From positions 372,001 to 436,000 of the forward strand of contig NIVC01000630.1 in assembly GCA_002269645.1 (NCBI GenBank): DNA of 64,000 nt, given 5' to 3'. Below, piece after piece: positions 10,345 through 21,912 of this stretch. This DNA is from Macrostomum lignano (Eukaryota). A program made the translations under genes and the position numbers. Within the stretch, counting starts at the first letter, position 1. The number at the start of each line of letters is the position of its first letter. The notes below the pieces were generated by a model. The model was not told where the DNA came from and did not search any database. It was given only the letters and a program-made list of their open reading frames with translations.

Positions 10345-12460
10345 AGTTTTTAAATGACGCTTCTATGATTTTTTCATGACGATTCTATGATTTTTTACAT
10401 GACGCTTCTATGATTTTTAGATGACGCTTCGATGATTGTTTACATGACGCTTATATGATTTTTAACATGACGCTTCTATGATTTTTAAAATGACGCTTCT
10501 ATGATTGTTTACATGACGCTTCTATGATTGTTTACATGACGCTTCTATGATTTTTTAAATGACGTTTTTTGATTTTTATATGACGCCTCTATGATTTTTT
10601 AAATGATGCTTCTATGATTTTTATATTACGCTCTTACGATTTTTTACATGACGCTTCTATGATTGTTTACACGATGCTTCTATGATTTTTTACATGACTC
10701 TTCTATGATTTTTACATGACGCTTCCATGATTGTTTACATGACGCTTCTATGATTTTTTACATGACGCTTCTATGATTGTTTACATGACGCTTCTATGAT
10801 TGTTTACATGACGCTTCTATGATTTTCTAAATGACGCTTCTATGATTTTTATATGACGCTTCTATGATTGTTTACATGACGCTTCTATGATTGTTTATAT
10901 GGCGCTTCTATGATTGTTTACATGACGCTTCTATGATTGTTTATATGACATTTCTATGATTTTTTAAATGACGCTTCTACAATTTTTTACATGACGCTTT
11001 TATGATGTTTTAGATGACGCTTCTATGATTTTTTATATGACGCTTCTATGATTTTTTACATGAAGCTTCTATGATTGTTTACATGACGCTTCTATGATTG
11101 TTTGCATGACGCTTCTATAATTTTTTACATGACGCTTCCATGATTGTTTACATGACGCTTCTATGATTTTTTACATGACGCTTCTATGATTGTTTACATG
11201 ATGCTTCTATGATTGTTTACATGACGCTTCTATGATTTTTTAAATGACGCTTTTATGATTTTTATATGACGCTTCTATGATTGTTTACATGACGCTTCTA
11301 TGATTGTTTACATGGCGCTTCTATGATTGTTTACATGACGCTTCTATGATTGTTTATATGACGCTTCTATGATTTTTTAAATGAAGCTTCTACGATTTTT
11401 TACATGACGCTTTTATGATGTTTTAGATGACGCTTCTATGCTTTTTACATGACGCTTCTATGATTTTTTACATGACTCTTCTATGATTGTTTACATGACA
11501 CTTCCATGATTGTTTACATGACGCTTCTATGAATTTTTACATGACACTTCTATGATTGTTTACATGACGCTTCTATGATTGTTTATATGACGCTTCTATG
11601 ATTTTTTACATGACGCTTCTATGATTTTTTACATGACGCTTCTATGATTGTTTACACGATGCTTCTATGATTTTTTACATGACGCTTCTATGATTTTTTA
11701 CATGACGCTTCTTGATTTTTACATGACGCTTCTATGATTATTTCATGACGCTTCTATGATTTTTCATGACGCTTCTATGATTTTTACATGACGCTTCATG
11801 ATTTTTACATGACGCTTCTATGATTGTTTACATGACGCTTCTATGATTGTTTACATGACGCTTCTATGATTTTTACATGACGCTTCTATGATTTTTACAT
11901 GACGCTTCTATGATTTTTTACATGACGCTTCTATGATTGTTTACATGACGCTTCTATGATTGTTTACATGACGCTTCTATGATTTTTACATGACGCTTCT
12001 ATGATTTTTTACATGACGCTTCTATGATTGTTTACATGACGCTTCTATGATTGCTTACATGACGCTTCTATGATTTTTTAAATGACGTTTTTTTGATTTT
12101 TATATGACGCCTCTATGATTTTTTAAATGACGCTTCTATGATTTTTATATTACGCTCTTACGATTTTTTACATGACGCTTCTATGATTGTTTACACGATG
12201 CTTCTATGATTTTTTACATGACTCTTCTATGATTTTTACATGACGCTTTAATGATTTTTTACATGAAGCTTCTATGATTGTTTACATGACGCTTCTATGA
12301 TTGTTTGCATGACGCTTCTATAATTTTTTACATGACGCTTCCATGATTGTTTACATGACGCTTCTATGCTTTTTACATGATGCTTCCACGATTTTTTACA
12401 TGACACTTCCACGATTTTTTACATGACGCTTCTATGATTTTTTACATGACGCTTTTATGA
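10345..12460. repeat. 23-bp minisatellite (atgacgcttctatgattgtttac), ~90 copies
   Basis: Direct periodicity. Variant blocks near 10550-10700 recur near 12070-12240. Confidence 0.97.
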
Positions 12461-13120
12461 TTTTTTTAGTTTTCTTGGCGTTAAAAAGCTTTAATTAAAA
12501 AAACTCTACTCTCTAAAAATTCGAACCATCGTTTCTGCATTTAGCAGTTCAGTCTGTTTACCTCTAGGCTAGCTCTCATCATTTTGATAACATGAATTCA
12601 GCACTTATAATTATAAGTTTCAAAACTCCAAGCATAGAGTAAATCACACGAGGCAGTTATTACATAATCAATTTCTCAGTCAGTCAGTATCAGTTAACAA
12701 TATTGTTGCGCAATCTAAATCAAGTCTGCAGTGCTACGCTTCCACACTGCATTTTCAATACTGTGACGCAATTCAAGTCGGAGTTACAATTCAGTTATGA
12801 TGTAATCTATTTCAGAATCAGAATTCAACCAGTCAGTTTTTTCTCTAGCATTCTTACAATGCATTTCAAGTCGAAAAGTTTGCTTGACCTTTGCAAAAAA
12901 GCATGTTTTTCGAATATTTAATTGCTTTAACATGGAGCAATTTCTTAGCCAAGATGCATGTACCGTCCCAGGAAAATTTCTGATCGAACAGTGCAAGTTC
13001 GAAGAAAATCGGTCCAGCCATTTTTTCTCTAATCGATTGCGTACAAACAAACAACTCATTTTTAGTATATAGGAATGCACAGAGTGGCGTATATAAATTC
13101 ATGTAGCTCAGCTGCTACTT

Positions 13121-13194
13121 ATCACTGTTATTTATCTGGTACCAGACAAATAATAGTTATATTATTCATCCAATACCAGATGAATAGTCATTGC
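13121..13194. repeat. Second GGTACC-centred palindromic module, inverted relative to 8660..8745
   Basis: The reverse complement reads gcaatgactattcatctggtattggatgaataa...ctggtaccagataaataa, matching the 8660 copy. Confidence 0.75.
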
Positions 13195-13970
13195 TATTGA
13201 AAAAAATTATTCTCTATGATTATAAAAATAGCTATTTAGCTTTTTATATATACAGTGACTATAAAAATAAAAGTTTTGTTATTAATATTTGTATAGGCCC
13301 TAGTTAGTCCTACTGTAACAATAACAACTGCCTTTTTATAAATGACTTTTTTAATGCACTGAGTGTTTTGTATTTTTTTACAAAATTGAATTATCAAAAT
13401 CAACTGAGCTAGCTAAGATGAAACCAAATGTCACTTTGGCTATCTTACAGAATTGTTTGTTAAACTCATTATATGCATAGCCGGCATACTTATAGTGTCA
13501 GTGGCATATTTTTAGCTTTTGACACATTTGCCTAATCTCAAAATTTAACCTGACTGGTGCAACTTAGTTTTGTCCAGATTTGTGACTAAGTTCCTCTCGA
13601 ATACAACTTAGTTCCCCCAATTGCAACTTAATTTTCACATTGTATATGACTTTTCTTGCCTTTTTCTCTTTTCTCTCCTTTTTCTCTCTTTTTTCTTCTC
13701 TTTTCTTTCTTTTTCCAATTTTTCATTTTTTGCATTTTCAATTTTGCAACTAACTGTTGGCCATTATTTCAATTTGGACAGGTTAGATGGGTATTGGACA
13801 TATACGTTTTGACATGAAACTTAATTTTAATGACTAGGCCTATCAACAATTATGCAATTTTGAATTTATGCACTGGCAAAAAATGTATCTATGCCCAAAA
13901 TTAGTTATGAACTCTGTAGCTTTTACCTAGACTATTTATTAGACTATTAACAACTCTGACTTTACTTAAC

Positions 13971-14136
13971 ATACATGCGCAACTTTGGGATTCACTTGGC
14001 CGTTTCTATTGGCAACACACGCATGTAAGTCGCTATTGGACAGAACAGTAGTCACTGTTCTCAGCCAATAGCAACTTACATGCGTGTGTTGCCAATAGAA
14101 ATGGCCGGGTGAATCCCAAGGTTGCGCCCAAGCATG
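13971..14136. mobile_element. Hairpin MITE-like element (~73-bp stem, 4-nt loop), possible 9-bp TSD ttacttaac
   Basis: 13977..14127 is a near-perfect inverted repeat. ttacttaac is at 13962..13970 and 14137..14145. Confidence 0.65.
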
Positions 14137-15929
14137 TTACTTAACCATTATTGGATTAGAGACACAGAACTGACAATAAACAAACAAATTTAGCCTCCAG
14201 TTGCTACTCTGTTATTCTGTTGTAAATTTTTAATTGTGTTGTTCTGTCATTAATGGTTAAAATTGTAATGCCAATACACTTCTAAAATGTTGGCATAGGC
14301 CCAATAAAAATATTCATTTTTGGAAAGTTAATGTCAATAGGCCTAGCTAAAAAATGTGCATACAGTGAGTTTAACAAACGATACTGCAGTGCGGATAGCT
14401 ATCAATTTTTATGTCTATAACTTACTATGACAATGTTACTGAATTATTAAATAATTCACCTTAGTCAGGATGGCTTTTTAATGGAAATTTCGACGCAAAA
14501 GCAGGCAAGGACTGGATATTGTTCATTAGTTAAAGCAGCTATACTGTCTGTGGAAGCATAGTCTTACCTACCTTTAAATTGGGCCAAAAAAGCTGCTTCT
14601 GAACATCTTGTTTCTGTTTAACGGCAAACGAAACAGAAAGTCCTTTGAACTCAGCCATAATTTATAGTATGGTTAAACGCATATGCTGAAAGAGAGTAAT
14701 AATTACCACTACAATTTTTTGAGTGCAACTTTTTATTAAAAAATCTCCTCGACTAGACGACGTCTCGATTTGACGCTAAATTGCAAGGATAAGCAAAATT
14801 TCTCAATGAGTAAAAGTTGAATTTTACAGAATTTTGTTTATTGTTGTGTACAAGAGCTTACCATTTAAAACAAAAAATAAAATACAAATTCTGCACATAT
14901 CCTTGTGATTTATTATTTATCAGCATTGATCTTTAAGAAAACAGGTGATTATTTCATCTGTGATAGTAAGTATTTTGTCAAAAAAGCGCTAATTCAGTTT
15001 GGACGTTTATATGAAATAATTCTTTGGACCGCGAAGTTATCTGCTGCCTATTGTATATAAGCTTATTAAGGTTTCACGTTACGAAAAAACCTAAAGAAAC
15101 AAAGATTGTATCGAAAAAATAGTATATGGTCACTCACAAAATCAGCTTGCTGTAGTAGTAGTAGTAGTAAGTTGGCTCAGGCAAGAAGCCTGTTTGGCCA
15201 GTATATTTCTGTGTATTTAAGTTATTTTAGCATTAGTTGTTTAATTACGATTAAGTTCAAAAGGTTAAATTTGTTCAAAAGGTTAAATTTTTACACGAGT
15301 TACGATGTGAGTTACGATATTTGTAAAATTATTAAGGTATTTGAAAGAGCGTTTTTTGTAAAAAGATATAGTATTTTGCAAGCGCGCAATATTTCAAAGC
15401 GTGAAAAACGAACAAAAAATGAACAAAAACGAACTTCGAAAGAAATTTACGTTAAACGAATAGCGACGATTTAAATAGGTATTAGATAGGAAACTAATTA
15501 AATATTAATTAAATGCTAATTAAATAGGAAATTAAAAAGACAGTAAATGAATAAACAAAAGAAAAGAAAAGCGGATTTATTACACTGCTGATATGTCTGT
15601 TTCAGTTTGCATAACTGTTTTAGCTATTCATGACTTCATATATTTTAGCTACACCAGTGAGCTCTTTTCTGACTCTTTTTTCATTTGTAGCATATCCTAA
15701 CTTGTGTACTTGCTTGTCATTTAAGAGGTACTGACAGAAGTATTTTTTTCTGATCTTTTCAGTTTGTGGACATTCGGTCAAGTAGACAAATACATAAGTA
15801 GTAATAATTATGTATAATATATAAATATATAGATGGGCAAATGTGCATGGAGATGGAGCTGGAGGTAACTTAGTTCAGTATGCTGCATGCATTCGGTATG
15901 CATCAAGATTTAAGTGTGCATTAGGTAAG

Positions 15930-16320
15930 TAAAACTTCTCTATTTTAATGCAGCATTCAGGGCAGACAGCAAACATTCGTCTCAAGAACCCAGCTTCTTC
16001 AACAGCAGCCCATGACTAGCTGTCAAGAGCAATCCATTCAATAATTAATTTGTCAAGCTCTTTCGTCTTTGGACCTATGGCCTATGGGTGAAAGTCTGGC
16101 TTCTAAGTCTTGAAGGCCTAGCCTTAAGAAAACTTGGCAACTTGGTTTGCTTTAATAGGCAGGCATTTTTGCCTTTTAATATTTTGGAATCAGTTTTTCT
16201 AGCATTTATAAGCGTAGCTTGGTGCTTTCTTTCAAGTTGGAGCAGCTCTTTGAATTGCATAGGGTATTCATTCTCTAGATGCCATCTCATGCTACCTGTT
16301 AAACCATTGTTTTAGAGCAA
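15930..16320 (-). pseudogene. Decayed hAT/ZBED-type transposase fragment (end of BED finger plus start of the dimerisation/DDE region)
   Basis: NNGLTGSMRWHLENEYP...KQTKLPSF, then after frameshifts (including a 7-bp CCATAGG duplication) PIGPKTKELDKLIIEWIALDS*SWAAVEEAGFLRRM. This resembles the hAT motif IALDxQPFSxVEDxGFRRL. Confidence 0.6.
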
Positions 16321-17237
16321 TGTAGAATTGGATATTGAAATATTGAATTGAATAGTTTAAATATTAAATATGAAAATCATGTAACTAATCATTTTTACAC
16401 ATGAAAAAGTGCCAAAACAAACATGGCTACTATATTAGCCATAGGCCCTAGTTATCACTTATCAGTTAATGATTCTCTAAAAAAATTTGGTAGGCTATAT
16501 AAGCAACTTTATGCTTGGCATAATTTTTTAAAAATTATGTTAGTATAGATTTAAAAAACTAAATTTCATTTTGGTATATGCCTACCATGATTTAGTATAT
16601 GAGCCACAGTCCTGTGCTGTCCTGGATGGAATTCTTGCAGAAAAATCACAACGCGTTATACAATTGTGCGAAAAAATGTGATTTTGCATAAAAAAATCCG
16701 GAAAAAATGTGTCATAGAATTTCAGACAAAATTGCTAATTCTTAATATATGCAAAAGTGCGCTTGAGATATTGGATTTTGCAAAAGATAATCCTACTAGC
16801 TAAGATCATGAAGAAAAAAAGAATAAAAAGTAAAAACTTAAAAAAAGGCACAAAAGTAAAAATTCGAAAAAATTCTATAAAAAGTAGAAACTCGTAACAT
16901 TCTCTAACATACTATTTGGACAGAAAAATTCAAATAACTACATTTTCTTAAAATGCATTTTTCGTTATTGTCTTATTGATTACTTTATTTATTATTCATT
17001 GACTATTAATGAAGCTTTTATAGGTTCAGGCAGTAGCTAAGCCATTAAAAAACTTGTTTTTACCATTTTGCGACGTGCTAAGTACCAAAATAAAAAATGC
17101 AACCAATAAAAAATATTTTGCATGCCATAAAAAAATCACATAATTCCGTTTGACTTAAGAAATACAAGAATTCCATCTTGGGCCATAGTCCATAGAAAAA
17201 AGAAATAAGATTATAGTAAGACAAAACTCAATATTAT

Positions 17238-17278
17238 TTGCGACGCGTTTCGGCTAAAACTAGCCATCTTCAGGCACT
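17238..17278 (-). ncRNA. Minimal type I hammerhead ribozyme motif (intact copy)
   Basis: UGC CUGAAGA U GGCUA-GUUU-UAGCC GAAA CGCGU C GCA: conserved core, 5-bp stem II, palindromic ACGCGU stem III, UC cleavage site, 3-bp stem I. Confidence 0.7.
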
Positions 17279-17414
17279 ATCGAACAGAATTTATTTCAAC
17301 CTATTAAATACTGTGTAGACGACAAAATCAGGTATTGAAAAGATATAAAAGGACTAAAGGATCAATGTACAGTATAGCAATGTTCATAATATTTTGTGGA
17401 ATGACAGGACAGAG

Positions 17415-17451
<37 letters not shown>

Positions 17452-17615
17452 GCGTATGCTCTCTCTCTCTCTCTCTTTTCTCTGTCCTGTCATTCCACAA
17501 AATATTATGAACATTGCTATACTGTACATTGATCCTTTAGTCCTTTTATATCTTTTCAATACCTGATTTTGTCGTCTACACAGTATTTAATAGGTTGAAA
17601 TAAATTCTGTTCGAT

Positions 17616-17655
17616 AGTGCCTGAAGATGGCTAGTTTTAGCCGAAACGCATCGCA
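17616..17655 (+). ncRNA. Minimal type I hammerhead ribozyme motif (stem III variant ACGCAU)
   Basis: gtgc CTGAAGA t ggctagttttagcc GAAA cgcatc gca. It differs from the other arm by one G->A change. Confidence 0.55.
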
Positions 17656-17749
17656 AATAATATTGAGTTTTGTCTTACTATTATCTGTTAAGAGTGCTTC
17701 TCTACCGCAAGAAATAAGATTGTTTATTTAAATGATTATAGCAGATAAG

Positions 17750-19200
17750 TTTTATTCCTAGCCTAGCACCTAGCCTGATAGTAGAATAATTTGTGCTATG
17801 GACTAGTTTCTGTGCATTGCTAGTGTTAATAGCAAATGTACCTTGGTTTAACAAGTACATTTCAACATGGATATATAGTCCCTTGTTGTTTAGCTAGGCA
17901 ACCAACTTTTATATATTGGTCAAACATTTGCTAGAATATGCATTGAATTGATTGTGTCAACCTTTAGAATAATTGTTTATCTTGATAGCTAGCTTATAGA
18001 CAAACATTTTCAATAGTCTATACCAAGCTTGTGAACCAGAAAGACTAAATATAGTTGAATATTGCACAATTCCATTAGGCAATTCTCTGTAGTTAGCATA
18101 TTGCTCTATAAGCTATAGAAGATATTGGCCATCATATCTGCTAGAAGAAATGGTATCATTATCAGCTTACATTAGAAGAAATTAGTGCTATTATCACTAT
18201 TATATCACTACTACATTGCATTTTTTGAAGTAGAAATTGTAGTTTTTTCTACACAACAAGTAGGCCTTATCTAAAAACTCTAACTAGATAGCCATCTAAA
18301 TGGCTTTCTCAAATTTTGCCATGCAGCTAGATAGGTTGACAACTAATTCTAGTTTTTTTATTATTTATAGGATGTATTTATAATCCTTGGTTTTATGCTA
18401 CAATATGAAAGTGAAAAGCAGTGGCACCTGTTTAGTGTTTTAATGTTTTCTTTGGGGCTGCCAATGAATGTCTAAATTGCTAACAGCTAATAAATAATGC
18501 TTAAATTCATAAAAGTTGAAGGTACTATTGATATATAGGCAGCATGCCTGCTATTATTGATATACTAGAAGAAGCTTTCTGGCAGATAGTGATGCTCAAG
18601 TTCTTAGTCAAGGTTTTCTAGATTGCATGGTTAGTCTGCTTCCTAGGTATGGCTTACTGCATAGACTAAGTTGCCAAAATTAGATACATTTGGCACATCT
18701 TGAAACTATGATAGCACTTATAACATCTTGGTCCTAATCCTGACAATCTGGGATGCCAACTCAAAGGTATTCTTGTGTGCTTGATTGAGAACTTTTATTA
18801 AATTTTAAAAAGTTAAAACTTTAAAACTTTTATTAAATTATTGCAATAAACAAGGCTAACTTTGTCAATTTTTGTTAAAAATTAAAGATATCATTCATAT
18901 GATCTCTGGTATATAGTAACTCCCAATCTTGTTGGGATTAAACAGTTTGTGTAGTACTGTATAAGCTTCCTTGCCAATTGTTGTCATCTTAGTCATCTTA
19001 GCTTCATCCTTTATCTCTTTGCAGATGAAGTAATGTTGAAGTCTCTCTAGATATATGTCAATATCAATGTTCACAAAGATAATTATGTCTCCTAATGTAG
19101 AAATTGTTGCCATTATATATGTAGTAATTTGGAAGGCAAAGATTGGCTTGCAATGAGATACCCTAAAAAGAGGTTGCCACATAGTGGGAGGCATATATAT
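17750..19200 (-). mobile_element. Heavily decayed Ty3/gypsy LTR-retrotransposon relic (gag N-terminus, eroded zinc knuckles)
   Basis: MATISTLGD...DIDIYLERLQHYFICKEIKDE...TTIGKEAYTVLHKL matches the gypsy gag N-terminal motif. Downstream there are RCYKC and AKC..FGNL remnants with stops. Confidence 0.65.
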
Positions 19201-19258
19201 TTAGTAAATTAGTTGGTAAGTATGCCCCTAAGCTTTGTATTTAGAGAGAAGCAAGAAA

Positions 19259-19262
<4 letters not shown>

Positions 19263-19320
<58 letters not shown>
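19263..19320. repeat. (GA)n microsatellite
   Basis: Direct. Confidence 0.98.
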
Positions 19321-19323
<3 letters not shown>

Positions 19324-20157
19324 GCAACTAGACAGACATGCAGTGAGTTAGACAAGGGGAGTGTGCACATAGAAAATAGTCAAAGTGCATATCATGTAGC
19401 ATAAACACCATAGAATCAGATCTCAATTCTGAAATCTGTGGATCCTAGCAAGCATTTGTATCTTTGATCTTTGTAATTGTAATACCACTCCTATAATCTA
19501 AAATATTTTAGGATCCTAGCAAAAATTTGGAATCTTACGAGATGTAAATCATGAAAAATTGGTCTTATCTAACCTCTACTATATGTGCATAAAAGTTTTA
19601 TTCTGTTTTGCAACAATTATTTAGTGATCATTAAAATATTATAGGTAGACAATTTATATAATATACGCATTTATATGCATTCATATAAATCTACTTTTTA
19701 CATACATTTGTTTTTAGAATCTTGCTAAGGGAATTCATAGTTTTAAAACATAATTTAAAAGTTTATTTTTTAAATTGTGTGATATATAAGATATATTTAG
19801 TCATCAAATTGCATAGCTATAGTCTAAATTATGGAAAATCATGTACAAGTGTATGTCAGATAGGACTTTAAAACTTTTTCCATACTAAATTAAGATTGTT
19901 TATTTAAATGATTATAGCAGATAAGACAGTTGTATAGAAATCTATCTATATCTAGTTAAACAAATCGTACCACTATTAAGATTTTGTTGTTTTTTTGTAA
20001 TTCACAGTCATGTCAAGTAGAGGTTTTGGCAGCTCTACTAATTACTAGGAATTATTATGCTTATTATGCCAATTATGCTCCAGCGGGCAGCAGGCTGCTT
20101 CAATCACAAACTGCTGCTGTCGCCTTGGCCAGTGGGCTGTCATTCCGGCCAGTCAGC

Positions 20158-21134
20158 ATGCACAATGATGAATCGGATTGTCAATCAATGATTGAACAGT
20201 CAGCTGCTATTGTCTGTCTGACAGCAATCGCTGAATCTCATCCATTTTCGGACCGTTTTGTCCCGGTGCCTAGGCTGCCAGCCTCCTCGACGGCTTCATC
20301 ATCAACTTCAGCTGCCGTTGTTCGAATTGGCCGGGCTAGCGGCCAGCTCAGGCCAGCCAAGGATAATGCCCTGTTCGATTGCAAAGTGCTGAGCCGTTGC
20401 CATGCAGTGCTGGCTTACACTACAGATGGAACTTTCCTGCTGACGGACACTAGAAGCAGCAATGGCACATTTGTGAATGGCATCAGGTTAGATCGGAACC
20501 GTCCTACTCAGATACTCACAGGCGATGCAGTTCAATTCGGCGTACCTGTGAAATGCCGCGACAAACCTGTATTTGACTGTATCAGAGCTCGACTGGAGCT
20601 TCGACATCCCGATGGTGAAACTGCGCCTAGTAGAAGTCGAACCAGAGTCCGACAACGGCAAAGCAGCTCTGCCGATGTTGACGACACAGATGACGCAGTC
20701 GATGATAGTGGAGTAGGCAGGACTGAACTGTTGGCCCGCTGTCTAGAGCGGGCAATGCAGAGGGAACGGCTGTTAGATTTGAAATTGGCCTGTCTAAGGC
20801 GTAGGCAGCAACAGCAGGGTCAGGAGCTGTGCCCATCTGTTTACCATGAGCCGGCGCTAAGATTGTCCTGGCGTCGATTGTCGGCCGATGGTCAAGCGGT
20901 TGCCAGGCTGAAATCGCTTGCCACCGACGCTCGAGAAGCTGGCATTGTCGGCGACGTTGGAGACGGCTGTCTGGGTGGCGTTGATTTAGCTGAGATTTCC
21001 AACGCCGCGGCGGAGGCCTGGCTGGCCGAGCTAGACAGGGGCCTGGCCGAACGGGAGGCTATCATTGGCCGGCTGACCGATTTAGAGGCTCAATTGGAGC
21101 TGGGCGGGCGGGAGTGCCAGCATCTGTTAGCCAG
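20158..21134 (+). CDS. SLMAP: SLMAP-like protein, exon 1 (FHA domain plus start of coiled coil)
   Basis: SHPF.DR...IGR...RPAKDNALFDCKVLSRCHA...DTRSSNGTFVN...GDAVQFGV and LERAMQRERLLDLKL are SLMAP hallmarks. Donor AG|GTAAGT, phase 2. The start Met choice (20158 vs 20188) is uncertain. Confidence 0.88.
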
Positions 21135-21169
21135 GTAAGTTCTCTGGGCCTAAATTCCGTCATTTAATT

Positions 21170-21912
21170 TCCCTTTCTTAGAATCGTTCTGCAATCTCTA
21201 TTTTCTTAGAATCATTCTGTAACTCCTATTTTCTTAGAATCTTCTGTAATCCCCATTTTCTTAGAATTGTTCGGTAGTTTTTATTTTCTTAGAATCGTTT
21301 TGTAATCCCCGTTTTCTTAGAATCGTTTTGCAATCCCCATTTTCTTAGAATCGTTCTGTAATCCTCATTTTCTTAGAATCGTTCTGTAATCTCCATTTTC
21401 TTAGAATCTTTTGTAATCCCCATTTTCTTAGAATTGTTCTGTAGTTTTTATTTTCTTAGAATCGCTTTGTAATCCCCAATTTTCTTAGAATCATTCTGTA
21501 CTCCCCATTTTCATAGAATCGTTCTGTAATCCCCGTTTTCTTAGAATCGTTTTGCAATCCCCATTTTCTTAGAATCGTTTTGTAATTCTCATTTTCTTAT
21601 AATCGTTCTGTAATCCCCGTTTTCTTAGAATCATTCTATACTCCCCATTTTCTTAGAATCGTTCTGTAATCCCCGTTTTCTTAGAATCGCTTTGCAATCC
21701 CCATTTTCTTAGAATCGTTCTGTAATCCTCATTTTCTTAGAATCGTTCTGTAATCTCCATTTTCTTAGAATTGTTCTGTAACCCCCATTTTCTTAGAATC
21801 GTTCTGTAGTTCCCATTTCCTTAGAATCGTTCTGTAGTTCCCATTTTCTTAGAATCGTTCTGTAACCCCCATTTTCTTAGAATCGTTCTGTAATTCCCAT
21901 TTTCTTAGAATC
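21170..21912. repeat. 28-bp minisatellite (ttttcttagaatcgttctgtaatcccca) in SLMAP intron 1
   Basis: Direct periodicity. Confidence 0.95.

Larger units (their letters stand above)
17213..17708. mobile_element. Palindromic Penelope-like (PLE) pseudo-LTR insertion: two ~235-bp inverted arms, a 12-nt loop and a 13-bp TSD
   Basis: Arms ~17213..17446 and 17459..17681 are reverse complements. aagaaataagatt is at 17200..17212 and 17709..17721. Each arm carries CTGAAGATG...CCGAAACGC(G/A)TC. Confidence 0.75.

Noticed and set aside
12703-15474. AT-rich short ORFs (12703..13102, 13621..13812, 15106..15474)
   Set aside because: They are low-complexity, use non-ATG starts and have no domain resemblance.
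19984-20157. 5' extension of the SLMAP ORF
   Set aside because: It starts at a TTG in AT-rich sequence with no homology, and FHA similarity begins after Met 20158/20188.
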